A stretch of DNA of 64,000 nt from Lingula anatina (lineage: Eukaryota; Animalia; Brachiopoda). Under the pieces are notes generated by a model. That model was not told where the DNA came from. It ran no database searches and saw only the letters and a list, made by a program, of their open reading frames with translations. Of this stretch, positions 26,505 through 40,049 are shown piece after piece. The translations under genes and the position numbers were made by a program. Position 1 is the stretch's first letter. Every line of letters begins with the position of its first letter. The stretch covers positions 14,854,644 to 14,918,643 of the forward strand of contig CM120643.1 of the NCBI GenBank assembly GCA_051362555.1, read 5' to 3'.

Positions 26505-26820
26505 TTAACACCAGCTGAAATTAATTTCATACCGTTAGCTTGCGACCGACATGGCCTTAATCAGACTGATCTGACTTATTACTCGCTGGCCGCAAGGTTG
26601 TACAGCTGCTAGGACCCTCTTGTAAATGTCAGGTATATCGCCCCCTGCCCCTAGCTTCATGAGTGGCTGGTGACGGCTGCTGTTGATTGCCTCCCGTATC
26701 TTCCGTGGCCGCTATACCACCCAGCGGTCAGCGAGTAATAATAGTTATAATTCTGATAAAGGCCTACGTCCATGTTGGCCGCGAGCTCACGGTATGAAAT
26801 TATTTTCAGTTTTCGTTAAA
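26505..26820. mobile_element. Non-autonomous element with ~50-80 bp imperfect TIRs
   Basis: ttaacaccagctgaaattaatttcataccgttagcttgcgaccgacatgg versus ccatgttggccgcgagctcacggtatgaaattattttcagttttcgttaa. Confidence 0.75.
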
Positions 26821-27394
26821 TAATTATCATATATGATCCAACTACCGAGCTAATACATATGTTTGTTCAATTGCTCAAATTATGAAAACGAGATTAAAAA
26901 AAAACCCATGTTGATGCTTGTTGATCATTATTTTTATTCGGCATAAAGTAAAATAAATAAATGAAATGACGTTTACCTTACGTGGTTGCCAGTGGAGAAG
27001 AAATGATAAAATGCCTCAGCCTAACGCGTTGTCTTTCACAAATAGTGTTTTGTATCATTTTCAAGTAGAACGGATTAAGGTCAAACTGGCCAAACAATGT
27101 GTTTGTTTTATTTTAGTTTAAGTTCAAAAGCATGCTCTGTATTGTTAACTTTTTTTAACTTGTTATAAGTTAAAAGATGCAGATTAAACCATTCAAGGGG
27201 ACTGGTCTGGATGATAATGTGCATCACATATATTTGCGTGCAAACATGCGATTCAGGCACAAAAGAATCTCCATGTAAATTACATTCTTCTATGGCCTCT
27301 CATCACATTGATTAAACTGTCAACGAATCTTTGGAATAACACTCAATTTAACACGGCGTTTTTTGAAGGTGACAAATTGTTGCACGGCTGCTTT

Positions 27395-27461
<67 letters not shown>
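27395..27461. repeat. Compound microsatellite (CT)n(AT)n
   Basis: Direct reading. Confidence 0.95.
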
Positions 27462-27464
<3 letters not shown>

Positions 27465-29036
27465 CATCTGGGGGCTCGGTCTGATGTGTCGCTTGTTGTT
27501 GATAGAGTGCCAAATGACATCTGAGGCGTTTTGATCCAGGCACGCTGAAACGCCATTATTCATTTGAGCTGGTTGTTAAACAAACCCAGCATTGGCTCTG
27601 TTTCAAAAGACTTGAAATATCAACCCGCAAAAAGACTACCAATTTAAAGCGTTCATCCAAACACCTTACTTACCTTGCTTGTTTTTCGTTTACTATCATG
27701 TCTGCATGTTTTACCCAATAATGAAGAAAAATCTACATGTACCTACTACGAAAATAAATTCGGTTTAGAAAGGAAAACCTTTTTACAGCAACAAAGCATA
27801 TGTTTTGCTTGGTCTAATCAACAAAAACACAGAATGGCAAACGTTCAAAATTCGATATCCTCAGATCTCGTACTTATATGAGGATTTCTTTTCCGATTGA
27901 AACACTACGGAAGCAGCTTTGAAATGAAAGGGCAATGGAAGAAAGTAGATGAGCTTAGATACAGAGGTTAACTAATGTTTCACCCTTGACTGTAAATAAA
28001 GAAGAGAGAGCTCCCAGACGTCCGATAAGCGATGAGATAAATTAACTGGAGTTCTTGGTGCAGAAAGGTCATCTTGTTTAATTTACCTTTTTTTATAAGC
28101 AACGTGATAAATTTCACTCCTACACCTAACGATAAATAGCTTGCTAGGCAAGTATGGTTGTGTATATCAAATAATAAAGCAGGGGATGCGCTTAGACTTA
28201 ATGCAATGCCATTGCTTTATAGCTAAGAGAGTGAAGGTCTGTTAACAGTCAATTATTATTATTATTATTATTATTATATTCAGCTGAAATTTGATTAATT
28301 AGATTAACCTAAAAAAAGTAATTAAAGTCACGCAGTACTTGTTGGACCTTTATAGAGTAAAATAATAATTTACTTGATAATTTCGACAAGTTCAATTTAT
28401 CAGTATACTGCATATGTAAAATCAATCCAAAATTGTTCAGAAGATATTATCTAGAAACCCGTTCCTGAGTTCTTAAATTTCTAGTTTTACCGTCAAGAGT
28501 GAAATTTACCAGTCCCCGTACACATTTAGATACTGGTATGGTGTCTAAAAAACTAAAAACACACGAGGAGTGTATAGATTGTAACTTGGTAAAAAATATC
28601 TTTGATTGGCGATAAAGGGAAAGTGGTAACTTTCACGCCAATGTATTTCGCTATATAAATCCCAAGTCTCATGAGTGCGTGCCTTAATATTTTGTCAACT
28701 TCCGGTACACGCTGAGCCACGACCACGGAACTGAGACTCCAGTGACTGTTTAGGTTATTCCTAAAACAAGAATTCATCCATAAAACACCCCATCTGCATT
28801 TCTAACTGACCGTTCGTAAACCCCAAGTCTGCTATGCTAATATACGGAATCCTTATGACCTGGGAAGTTGCAAAAGGTCTTAATCGGAAAACCTGCGGCA
28901 AAGCATGTCCATAAAAGGTCTGTCAATCAGCTTTAAAGAGGAACTAAAGCCACCAAAACGTAATTATGATTTCCAATAGCTTTGGTGGCATCACCGGACG
29001 ATTTAGGTGGCTTCTTTCACACTATGCATATTTGGG

Positions 29037-29037
<1 letters not shown>

Positions 29038-29077
<40 letters not shown>

Positions 29078-29104
29078 TGATGATGATGATGATGGTGATG
29101 ATGA
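29038..29104. repeat. Compound trinucleotide microsatellite (AAT)n(GAT)n
   Basis: Direct reading. Confidence 0.95.
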
Positions 29105-30387
29105 AGTGTTTTGGAAAAATGTGCTCCGCATTGGCGTCAGCGCTGTACATATATGGTATAGAAATAGAAGTGGAATGAGTTTCCAATAGATTCCACAAAT
29201 CGGCGCGAAGCTGGACACCGAAGGACCAAAACTTTCACACGCCTGCACACATACGAAGAGGGTTAATGGCCTTTTGAAAGAGACAAGTGGCAAGTTATAA
29301 TCAATAATCCTCACCATGGGAGAGGCTAAATTGTTTTGGAACCACCAGTTCATCAAAATGAGGTGATAATATTACTGCACAATTCATGAGAACACAGTGA
29401 ACATATGTCTCGCAGCTGTGGTGGTTCAACGCACTCTTGATGCAGCCACTGCAAAAAGGTCCAAAATGTATTTAAGCGTATTGAAATAAATGAATATCAT
29501 AATCTTATATGCATATTATATATGAGTTAATGTTTTTTCCACTCCATCCTAAAGGAGACATTGGCCAAAATCCCTGCTGTAATTTGGTATAGATATTTAT
29601 ACTGGCATATATCAACAAATTGCAGCGTTTAGAAGCACAACTTCTTAGGTAGCTAGTTTACCGCAAAACGCAATTATTCTTATTTGTCATCTATTATTGG
29701 AATATTTCTTTGGATATATGATTTGTTCTAAATACCACTCAGAAACGGCAACCAACGAGTGTCACTACCTGTGCAGTTAACAAAGACAGTACCACTGTTC
29801 GTAATACCACAGTTCAGAGTACCGCATTGATGTTTTTCAGATGGCGACGGCGATTGCATTTTCCCTGGAATCACCAAGATTCTAAAAAGCCATTTAGTGG
29901 ATTATAGTAGTTTATCGTATCATGATTTGTTGAGTGACCAAACTTAAGTCATTTTATTCTTTATTTCATTTCATTTATCTATTGTGAAAAGGGGGTGCTG
30001 CTGCTATTACAACAATTTGTAGTGGGCATTTTGCAATTAAAGGCAAAGAACACAGGAAAAGGATGCCCTTCACTTGCATTCGGTCCCACACCGAACCTCC
30101 TCGTTCTTGCATGAGAAAAGCTTGTTGTTATTTCATCGTTATCGAACATCATAGTCATTGCATAAATTTGTCGTATTTTCATATATTATTAACTGTTTGG
30201 TCACTGGAAGCCATTGAATAGTCGGCTGCCGTAGATTGGAAACCGTGGAACGGTTTGCACATGTATTACCCTAAGACTTCAGTAGGATAAAGATATATTA
30301 ATACACAGACATAAACCATAGAGCACTGAAAGAATGCAGAGCCCCTCCATAGGAAAATGAAAATGATAATAAAATTAGATTAAGATA

Positions 30388-30618
30388 ATATGGCGACCCA
30401 CTAAAAATTTTGGCGTATGTGTTAGTCCGCTGTTCTGGATACGCTGCACTCAGAACAGTGGACTAACTAGTCCGCGGGTCAAATATGGCGACCCACTAAA
30501 AGCCTGTCGTTTAATCCGCTAATAGACACTGAAAAGATTCCACGTGGGGAAGTATTCAAATCGGTTTGCCATATTTGAACCTCGGACTAATTAGTCCACC
30601 GTTCTGAATGCGGCCATA
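30388..30618. mobile_element. MITE family B copy plus adjacent partial copy
   Basis: cactcagaacagtggactaactagtccgcgggtcaaatatggc / gccatatttgaacctcggactaattagtccaccgttctgaatg. Homologous to 711-899. Confidence 0.75.
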
Positions 30619-31850
30619 CTTTAGTCAAAATTAAGGTGCTAGGTCTGTTTTACAAATAGAAATGAATTATGTTTTATGCTGATGGTTATTTGGTTTTGGT
30701 GAGATACTGCTGATTTATCCTCGATAAAAGTAGAGCAAAACTACAACCTTTCAGCACCCAGCTTTTTTAATAGCCAGTAAAAATGTAACAGAAGCTATTG
30801 TTTGTTTTATCCGCTGGCTATAATTTGCAAGTCTTACTTGTTTTGAAATGTCTATTACCAGGTATCGCTTCTGGGAATCTAACCTTTGGTGAGATCCTTC
30901 AATTAAACCCTTGTCTTACATCAGGAGCACGGTTTCTGAGAATTCGAAGCAGGTAAATAATTACCTCGTGCACGTATATTATATTTCCCACCAATTTTTA
31001 GTGAGTGAACAAAAAGCAGCTGTGTTAACCGTAAGACAGCGAAGGGACACTGTTAATTAAAGTAAAGGAGATTGGAATCCTGTTGATTGTCTATCAGGTT
31101 AAAAGATAAACACGCCTCCTCTTGTTTTTAACGCACTCATATACTACCAGCTTTTCTGTTTTTCTGTATTCTACTCAACGTCCTAAGAAGGGGTGGTAAT
31201 CTGTTAATCTGATTACATTCAGCAAGAGTCCCTGTAGAGATGTGCACACAAGAGTGCACACAAGCTGGTATACGCTAGGTTCATCTTTCATCGTGAACGC
31301 TCCCTAAGTCGATGACAGTAATGGTCTATATCCCATCAAGCACTGCGCTGAAGCCACCTTATACTGGGATCCATTTCTCAAATGAACATTAGCCAATAGG
31401 CCCTCCATATTCTAAACACATAGACTAAATTTTTAGTCTAATTTGATCCAATATAAATCAGTGTTAGTAGTAAAATTATACGAAGCAATGCCCGTTTTAA
31501 AACTGGGAAGATGCGACAATGTATTTCAGGTAAAACTTAATTTATGAAGACCGTTGAAAAAATAAGACCAAATAATTGATCCAAAAAGTACGAGCAATGT
31601 TCAAAGTAAAAGATGTCTTTGAAACCAGCCTATGTTTCATACCAACAGCGCTGCCCCAAAGGTTTTCTCCCTAATCACAAAAATAACGCCCCATAGCTTT
31701 TCCCGATTGCTTCCAGTAATCAAGTCATAATGTCATTAACCTACCAAGGTACCGTATTTGAAGTGTGCATGCCGTCATACGTCAGTGAATGGGACATTAG
31801 GGTTACATCGGTGCCAATGTAACAGCATTTATATCTATACGTTTACAGGG

Positions 31851-32042
31851 TGTGACGACCCGATATGTCTGACAGGCCAGATATGTCCGACAAAAAAGAG
31901 CCAGTTGTGTCCGACACTTCTGGCTCTTTTTTGTCGGACATATCTGGCCTGTCGGACACATCTGGCTCTTTTTTGTTGGACATATCTGGCCGTCTCTGGT
32001 CGTAGGACATATCTGGCCTGTCGGACATATCGGGTCGTCACA
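31851..32042. mobile_element. Palindromic MITE with TGTGAC...GTCACA termini, built from gccagatatgtccgaca subunits
   Basis: TIR tgtgacgacccgatatgtc / gacatatcgggtcgtcaca, flanked by the direct repeat CAGGG (31846-50, 32043-47). Confidence 0.85.
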
Positions 32043-32312
32043 CAGGGTGTATCTAAATATCAGTTTTATATCACAACATGCTTTTGTACCAAATGTGTGC
32101 TTATCAGATACTTCTCTCTTCCCGTAGTAGTAGTAATCTACATGCAGCTGATGGCAATGGAAGATGTTTTGCTGTGTCAGCCATGGATCTTTTTCACCAA
32201 AAGGTTTAAGTTCTTTGCTTAAGCTTAGACTGCTAAAATCGGATATTCGATTATACAAGATCGACTCTGCGATCTTTCTTTTTTATAAATGGGCTGTAGG
32301 TCAGATATCCTT

Positions 32313-32352
<40 letters not shown>

Positions 32353-32574
32353 TTTTATCTGTTGATTAACGCCTCCACATGGTCATTTTGTTAGAATCAC
32401 TTTTGTTTAGTGGCCACATTCAGAGTTTGAACTGATTTCGTTTAAAAAACGAGTCTATATTTTCAACAAGGATTCATTTTAAAAAGCTAAGTCTGTACAA
32501 GTGTACCATTACCAAGGATAGGGAATGCGTTGTATAACAAGCAGACAGAAAGTTAAAGGGAGCTATGACTATTT

Positions 32575-33040
32575 TAGTCAATTTTTACAGGTTGTGTAAT
32601 TGAAAGCATTCTAGCGTACGGAATTATAATATGGTATAGCGGAACAGCTGGGGAGGAAAGGAAGAGATTAGCAAACGTTGTAAAAACTGCAAGCAGGATT
32701 ATCGGGCAGGATCTCCCCAAGCTGGAAGATATTTTTAAAGACAGGATGGAGAAAAGAATTGTCAACACCATGAAAAACTCTTTCCATCCTGCATCATCTC
32801 TTTTTACGTTTTTACCAAGCAACAGTAGACTTTTAACTTTTAAAGGCAGTAAACGCTTTTTAAACAGCTTTTATCCAAGTGCAGTGACGCATTTTTAATT
32901 TGATCTCAAAACTAAATTCTTAATTTATTTATTGTATTATTTTATTATTTTACTCTGTATACTGCTCCAAAAGGAAAATGATTTCCGATTTTTATAATTG
33001 GCTAAATAAACTCTTATCTCTTATCTTATCTTATCTTATT
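32575..33040 (+). mobile_element. 5'-truncated LINE 3' end, Rex1/Babar-like
   Basis: My translation: CVIESILAYGIIIWY...LANVVKTASRIIG...HPASSLFTFLPS...RFLNSFYPSAV* (stop 32896-98), the Rex1-type RT C-terminus. Followed by AATAAA and a (TCTTA)n tail. Confidence 0.85.
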
Positions 33041-33349
33041 AATACAGTGCAGCAAGAATGCTGAAACTGATTAAACAAGTCAAACGACCCTTAAATCGTT
33101 GATTTTGAACATCTTTTCCCGTGTGAATAATTTGGATAGAAAGCCTTAGCCAGTTAACAAATAATCTTAATTGCAAAATTCGTGAGCACTCCGAGTGCTT
33201 GCCAGACTTCAATAAATCCTTCAGTGTCTTTTTTCCTTGTTCTCTTTTTAAAGTACTGCTACTAGAGAACTTGTACAAACAACGCCCAAAGGTGAAGTTA
33301 CGTTAATGTGGTATCAATACCTTAGATTTAAATAGGTAATAACAAGATT

Positions 33350-33580
33350 CATGGCAACCTCGGATGAGGAAGTAAAGGCGTTTCTAGGAATTCCAATTAC
33401 ACGTCTACTCTTTATTCGTATTGCTTTTAGTTATCAGATTCATGTTTTTCAGTGTTTCCAGTGTTTCCAGAGATTCTTGGTCTACTTTAGATTAACGTGT
33501 AATACCTGCACATGATAAATGACCCTATATGGAATGACTTTTTTTACCGATGAAAGGGGATCGTATAAGTTCAGTTATAC
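33350..33580 (+). mobile_element. Possible highly decayed piggyBac transposase relic
   Basis: Peptide ATSDEEVKAFLGIPI resembles the piggyBac 'T..E+KAF+G+' motif. Weaker downstream pieces FQRFLVYFRL and YKF are in the expected order. Confidence 0.35.
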
Positions 33581-34914
33581 AACATTTCAATGTTTAAGTT
33601 CATGTCAAAAAAGCTCACTCAGCACATCCTATCTGGGGTTTCATTTTTTTCTCTTTTCTCAGAATTAAGACACGTCAAATAACGGCCATCTTATTCAACA
33701 CGGTTAGACTTCTTCTTGGCAACTTTCCTTGGCAGGTGAATCAAATGAACAAGTGGGTTAGTACATTTCCATTCGCGTATAGGTCTTAACGTTTCTATCG
33801 GGAAGTTTTCCACTGGTACATCTATCTTGAAATATATGTACTAGATTAAAACAGGTTGTGAATAATTAAAATGTAAACAAATAGTTGTCATGCACTGTGC
33901 GGATTTGTAGGAAGGCATTTAAAATACCTACAATGTTTAAGAGAGACGAGACCAGATCTGTCTATTTTTCTTTAAACACTTTTTGACATATTCATCATTC
34001 CTACACAGCGGCTAAGATGAATTCTTACACTCACATTTATTCTCATATTTCACCTAGAATGCTTGTATATTGTGCCCTAGATTATTCAAATTAAATCAAT
34101 GCAATATGGAATAAATCCAGGTTCCAAGCAATCCCGTTCAAACTAACAAAGACTGATTTGGCTGTCGGTCACATAAACACTGCCATTACAGAAACATTGC
34201 ATCTGCAACAGTGCATGGGTTCATAAAGTTTTATCAATTATGTTATACTTTTCAGTTATCACTCTTTAATGTGCTTCTGTAGTCCTCGATAAAATTTTTT
34301 TTTATCATTAAGCTTATTTTAGCATAATTCTTCCCATTGTGTTCGAGTTTCCAAGTGCGTGTATCAGACATACTAAAACTTCGTGTCGTCCTTCACTCAT
34401 GCTCAAGGGCTCTACTTCATTAAGTTTCAAAAAGTTGGATCGAGACAAACGCAATCATTTTTCCGTCCATGTGTCTTGCGCGTTATATATGTGTACGGTT
34501 CTTGTTATTTGGAAAGAACGAAATCGCTGCCACCAACAAAACAGGGTTCTGTTTTGTAAATCTTTATTTCTAAGAATAATTCTCAAGTCAAATGTACATG
34601 TTTCTGTATCTTTTACTAAACAATGTCTCTGGTTATCTTGCTGTACTGCTGTACTTCTAACTTAAACAACTACTCCAACAACTCAACTACAATAAACTAA
34701 CTGGAACTATATTTAGTAGCCTAATATCCAAATGTCGAAAATAATTGAAAGGATGGATATCATCATTTACATCGTAATTGAGTTTACCGCGCCGTCATTG
34801 GGTTTGTCATACATAAAAAACCAGTCACATCGTAATTGAGTTTATCACGCCGTCATTGAGGCTGACATGCATACATGCTTAGTGTGCCAGCGCCTGTATC
34901 CTGCATTCAACTAT

Positions 34915-35127
34915 CACCCCATTTCCATAGATTAGATCGACCTACTTTAGATCGACCTAACTCCCTGGGGGTTCACGCTAAATAGCTGTCAGCCGGGCGG
35001 ACACGAAAGTTTTACCCTTACAGCTTGTAGTAGGCGGGACGGACATTTAAGTCGGATTGTCTGAAAGTAAACTAGTGAGACTCCCCGCGGGGATAGATCG
35101 ATCTAAAATCTATGGGAATAGAGCCTA
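34915..35127. mobile_element. MITE family A, copy 2 (inverted relative to copy 1)
   Basis: Reverse complement of 1173-1375 with a small internal duplication of ttagatcgaccta. Confidence 0.85.
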
Positions 35128-35176
35128 TCAGTAGCCCTAGGTGATTTTACACGTTATTGCATATGTTCCAAGCGAG

Positions 35177-35643
35177 CCTCAGTCAACACACAAGGACGGG
35201 TCCCGTTTGTGGCCGATATGAGCTGTGGGATACCAGATGCATTTGTCCATGAGCTCCATGGGACAATGCGGGTCTCTTGTGGGCAAGCCCAGATGGGCTA
35301 AAATAAGGGTCCCATATAGGACCGATATGGTCCAACGTAGGCTAATGCATTTTTTTTTTATTTTGCTGGTACAAGGCAACCTTTTATCCAACCAATCTAA
35401 TATAATAATAAACTTCAGTTTAGTCCAAATGGGCTTAAACATAACCAATAAATAGTTCTCGAAAACAGACGCCAGAAGTCGCCACGTTTACCAGTACACA
35501 ATGCATTGATCACCCATGAAACAGGCCCATGTGGGGGCCCATCAGGGACCCAGATAAGATCAAGGAGTTTAACCTCTGCCCAGATCTGCCCAATAAGACC
35601 CCCACCTACCCATCTGGGCCCGAGATTAGTGCGCTGACTTGGG
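35177..35643. mobile_element. Non-autonomous element with CCCAG-like termini and subterminal atggg/gggccc motifs (CMC/EnSpm-like)
   Basis: cctcagtcaacac ... gcgctgacttggg ends. GC-rich reiterated motifs in both arms. Confidence 0.5.
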
Positions 35644-35708
35644 TGTTATCTGGACGATGATGTAGTGGTCTTATGCAAAACATGAGACGTCTCAGCATAC
35701 TACAGTGT

Positions 35709-35971
35709 AGACCCAGTTTCATCAACACTGGATGGTACTATCCTATGAAAAACAATGTCCAGTGGATAAAATCGCTATCTTCTGGACAATTATTCTTACA
35801 ATTAAGGTCATTTTAATCTCTAGATAGCAATTGGTAACATGAATAAGTATCTAGTGTTTGTCCAACTTTTGTTTTATTCACTTGATAACTGTCCAGAGGA
35901 TAACATTACTATTCCATTCAATGGAAAGTGTTGTAGGATATCGCTATCCAGTGTCGATGATTTTGGGTCCT
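35709..35971. mobile_element. MITE
   Basis: TIRs gacccagtttcatcaacactggatggt / gctatccagtgtcgatgattttgggtc. Confidence 0.65.
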
Positions 35972-36228
35972 GTTGAATGTATTCACCATTTAGCAGTCAC
36001 TGAAATCACACGGTCAGGTCACGCCAGCTCTGTACATATTACTTCTAAAATTATACCCGATCAATCATAAGTGAGCAGCTAGCAAGCTGTCTTGGGTTTT
36101 TCAATTTCGGTTCTGTTGCTTGCCCACGTAAACAGTAATTATAAGAATTCACTGGTGGATTCGGGATTTCGCTTAGATGGTGAGATGACACAAGGATGAA
36201 AATTTGTCAGTGCGTACGGCACCTTCAC

Positions 36229-36460
36229 TATGGGTGTATTCCCAGAGATTTAGATCGATCTAGAGATTTAGATTTAGATCGACTTAACTCCCTGGGTGTT
36301 CACGCTAAATTGCAGTCAGCCGTGCTCGCACCATGGTTAATTACCCCCTTACAGCTTTTAGTAGGCGGGACAGACGCTTAAGCCGGCTAAGCTGACAGTA
36401 ATCTAGTAAGACTCCCCACTGGGATAGATCGATCTAAAAATCTATGGAAATGGGGTCTAT
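36229..36460. mobile_element. MITE family A, diverged copy 3
   Basis: Same TIRs and internal blocks (aactccctggg..ttcacgctaaat, gtaggcgggac, agactcccc) as copies 1 and 2. Confidence 0.8.
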
Positions 36461-38248
36461 GATACATGCATGAAGGGCCTAGGGATGGAAAATGGCTTTT
36501 TTTCTGGTTTTGCTCATTTTATTAAGAGGGAGAATTAGTTTAATACTATTTCTAGGGAATTAAGCTGATACTTAAGTAGTATGTCCCCGCTTTGCTCTAT
36601 CCTCCATATTCACTTCATTTCACTTAAATATTTATTTTTAATTCTTCTTGGGTTTATTTGTGACTACGGGATTGATAAGTTAGTGTCTTAGCCTACATAG
36701 TTTGTTTTACATGTACAAGTACCAGTATGTCTCTCTCTTGGACAAATAATATTATTATAAACTAAAATCTGCCATTATCTCAACACAATGAAAAACGGAG
36801 ATAGAATGTTAAAATCCGCACTCGACCCTAACTCCACATCCAGCCTTAAAAGCTTACCTTTTACATATAAAAAGCTATAGTAGAAGAAAATGACTCGATG
36901 CTCTTTATCACGACATGCAAAACCGAATATTTGTCGTTCCTATTGTTAATTTTACGTGTTTAGTTATTCAGTCGTGATGGACAGATCCAAGGGAAACGTT
37001 CAAATACATAACAAGAATGATAAAAGGTATTTCCTTATTTCGTTTGAATCACCAACGTTTGTTTGTGCGCGTGTAAGCATTTGTGTATTGTCCGTGTATA
37101 AATATATTTGCGTGTCCTGTGAATGTGCTGTGTTAGTACGTGTGCTGTCTCTGTACGTTTATGTTTGCTGTGTGTTTGTTAGTTCTGTGTGTGTGTGTGT
37201 GTGTGTGTGCGTGCACGTGTGTGCGCACGTGCTGTATAATGCAATTTATCCGACCTTTACCGGCAGCACACATTCTTAAATTTTGATTGTGGTTCAAGTT
37301 CGCAAGCTCTCCTACTGCAATTCACAAATCTTGTAGGAAAGTTATGAAAAAGAGTGGCATGTTTTACACAGTTTTGAATATAGTGAAAAGGATTTATAAG
37401 CGAAAAAATCAATAATTTCGTACTGCTACTGCGTCTAGGCTTTTTTCAAATTGTGTGAAAAATAACAATACTTTCAAATAAGCATTAGTATTTGACCTTC
37501 AATTTGAATATGATAGATATTTGTAATTTTTGTTGATATCATTAAATTTATAGTAAAGGCAGTTTTATGCTATAAAATTTTAACTTTTGACCTCCACCAA
37601 TGCAAATTTTAATACTGGGGCTGAAGTAGTGACATGAAGTAGTGCCCTGATATTAAAAAATAAATCGAAAAGATGTTAACATTATTTTTTGTTATTGAGA
37701 TCGTCTTGTACAAAAGGTGTCCATCTAGAAGCTAGCATCTGTAGATTTAAGTCTACTGCAATTTATACCTCATCACCTCGTGTTTCAACGACTACTGGAG
37801 ACTAACATCTATGATGCTGACAAAAGCTGATAAATTTTCTGTGATCTCTGAATCTCAGGGTCTGTGTCATAAGCCGATGGCAGAATATACGTGGAACCGT
37901 TTTGTAGAGGAATTCCACACCGAGTTTCCTGAGGCCCATTTCACTGAATACAGCTATCTGGCACATAAGACCAATGTCTGTCGGTCTTGGCATGACTTCA
38001 GCTATAGTTTGGCGGTTGTCAGAACTCATTTACCCCAACAATCCACTGCCTCCGAGACAGGGTGAAGCATATCAGCAAATAAACAAGCTGCCTCACGTAT
38101 CATTTATCAAGACCGATGACGGATGGTTTAAGGCACAGTGAGAAATAGAGCTTAATTTTACATAAACTGATTTTCATAGAAATTTAAGTAATTTTCACTC
38201 AATCACAGAGGCACACCTTATCCAAAACAACTACCAAGTATTTTTTAA

Positions 38249-38782
38249 AGGGATAATAACTCTTCCGTATGAGATCTATATTTCACAATAAAAACATTGT
38301 TAACAAATCATAGAAATATAATACATTCTGTTTTACCACGAAAAAAGGTAGTTATAGCTATTATTCTGATATCTGAGCTTGTCATCGGACCAAGATAAAA
38401 AGTTTTTTTTTGTTATAATCTCTTAAGGGACTATAATCTTAAGAGATTATAACAGAGTATAGCCATCAATGGAGGTCACTTGGTCTGAAGACAAGCTCAG
38501 ATATCAGAATAATTGCTATAACTGCCGTTTCTATGGTAAAACAGAATATATTATATTTCTATGAGTTGCTCACATCGTTTTTATTGTGAAATACAGATCT
38601 CATGCGAAGACTTATTATCCATTTAAGAGATTATTACAAAAAACGAACTTTTTAGAAAAAAACACAGGGACTTACTTTGAATACGTAGAAATGGATTCAT
38701 TAAACATTGGTAAGTATGGGAAAATTGTTGTTTACTCCAGGAAAATTCATTTTCTGGCCAAAACGAAAGAGTTATTAGTCCT
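38249..38782. mobile_element. TTAA-flanked (Kolobok-like) non-autonomous element containing a nested partial copy of itself (38427-38622)
   Basis: TTAA|AGGGATAATAACTCTT ... AAGAGTTATTAGTCCT|TTAA. Arms match the simple copy at 42551-42916. Confidence 0.85.
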
Positions 38783-39225
38783 TTAATTAAGTTCTCAATT
38801 TCGTCTTTTCTCGCATCAAAATGTGCTTTAGGAAAATTGGTTTACCTTTAAACTGCAGCTTCTGCAGTACAGAAGAAGGGAAGTTAAAGAACACTAAATG
38901 CACCGTATACTTCAGCAATTACATCAAAAGTCTAAACCCAATACTGATGACCTATTCAGAATATATCACTAGCGATCGAAATTACAATTGTGATGACGAA
39001 ACCGGCAGGCAGTTTATCTCATTTTTCAAATATAATTGGGATTACAAAATGAGTGTATGAAACTTAATTCTTTCCTACAAATTGTTCATACTGCTTGAAC
39101 AAGCATTGTTCCAAATTGGGTGCTTGCTGCTGGGCAAAATACAGTGGAACTCTGTCAGTCGTAAAGATCTCAGGAATTACTTGGAAAATACTACACATCC
39201 TGCTCTTGATAATTGACGCGTTTTG

Positions 39226-39466
39226 TAGGGGAGACTGAAGCTAGTTGGACCCCGGGGTAAGTTCGCCCCCATCAAGTCTCTTTAATAAAGTTACTTTAAG
39301 ATACTAAATTATTTCATTTGGACTCACTGCCGACGCTTTATTAGCACTATTGGATACGGTCACTTTACAAAATGATGTGATCATTTCTTTACCCCACAGT
39401 TACTTTGTCATAAATTGAGGGGGGGGTCAACTTACCCCGGGGTCCAACTAGCCCCGGTCTCCCCTA
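39226..39466. mobile_element. MITE with ~45-bp TIRs and TA ends (Tc1/mariner-pogo-like)
   Basis: taggggagactgaagctagttggaccccggggtaagtt / aacttaccccggggtccaactagccccggtctccccta. Confidence 0.85.
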
Positions 39467-40018
39467 TTGTATTGTATTGTAAATGAACAGTCACGCCCAT
39501 AAGGTATATTTAGATACCAACTATCTCTTACCGGTATCCATGGTCTCCCCAATAATTCACCAGTTTCTGTCTGGCAATTCTAGACAAATTCGCTTCTGTG
39601 ATGGAAATTGAGCTGTGTAGTAATGTAATTCATAATTCTGAAATTAAAAAAATTTAAAAAATTAAAAAATTAAATAACGGTTCGCTATAATTCAGTTTTG
39701 CCATTTAAAGATATGACACTCAGTGTAGCACTTAACCATATGTTTAATTTCTTTGTGAATTATTTATTGTGATAATTGTTGTTGAAGTGTGATTCAAGAT
39801 GCTTTCAATTCTTCAAAAATTGAACACGGAGTTGAAACATGTATTATTGTGATATTCACGATCTGGTCAAGGCACGTTTGTCGCTTTACCCACCGAATGT
39901 TTGGCCCTCACATATAGCATAAGATATCTTTCAGCGGAGGAACCTCCACAGAAAGGACTGCTCTCCCTATTCGCCGGGTAGGCACCCTTATGGGAGCACA
40001 AACCGGTACAATTTCACC

Positions 40019-40049
<31 letters not shown>

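Noticed and set aside
28966-29356. Poly-I/M, poly-N/D and poly-S/L ORFs
   Set aside because: Translations of an (AAT)n(GAT)n microsatellite.
31758-32258. ORFs of 150+ aa with repeated peptides on both strands
   Set aside because: They arise from a palindromic MITE with short subunits and show no protein-family signature.
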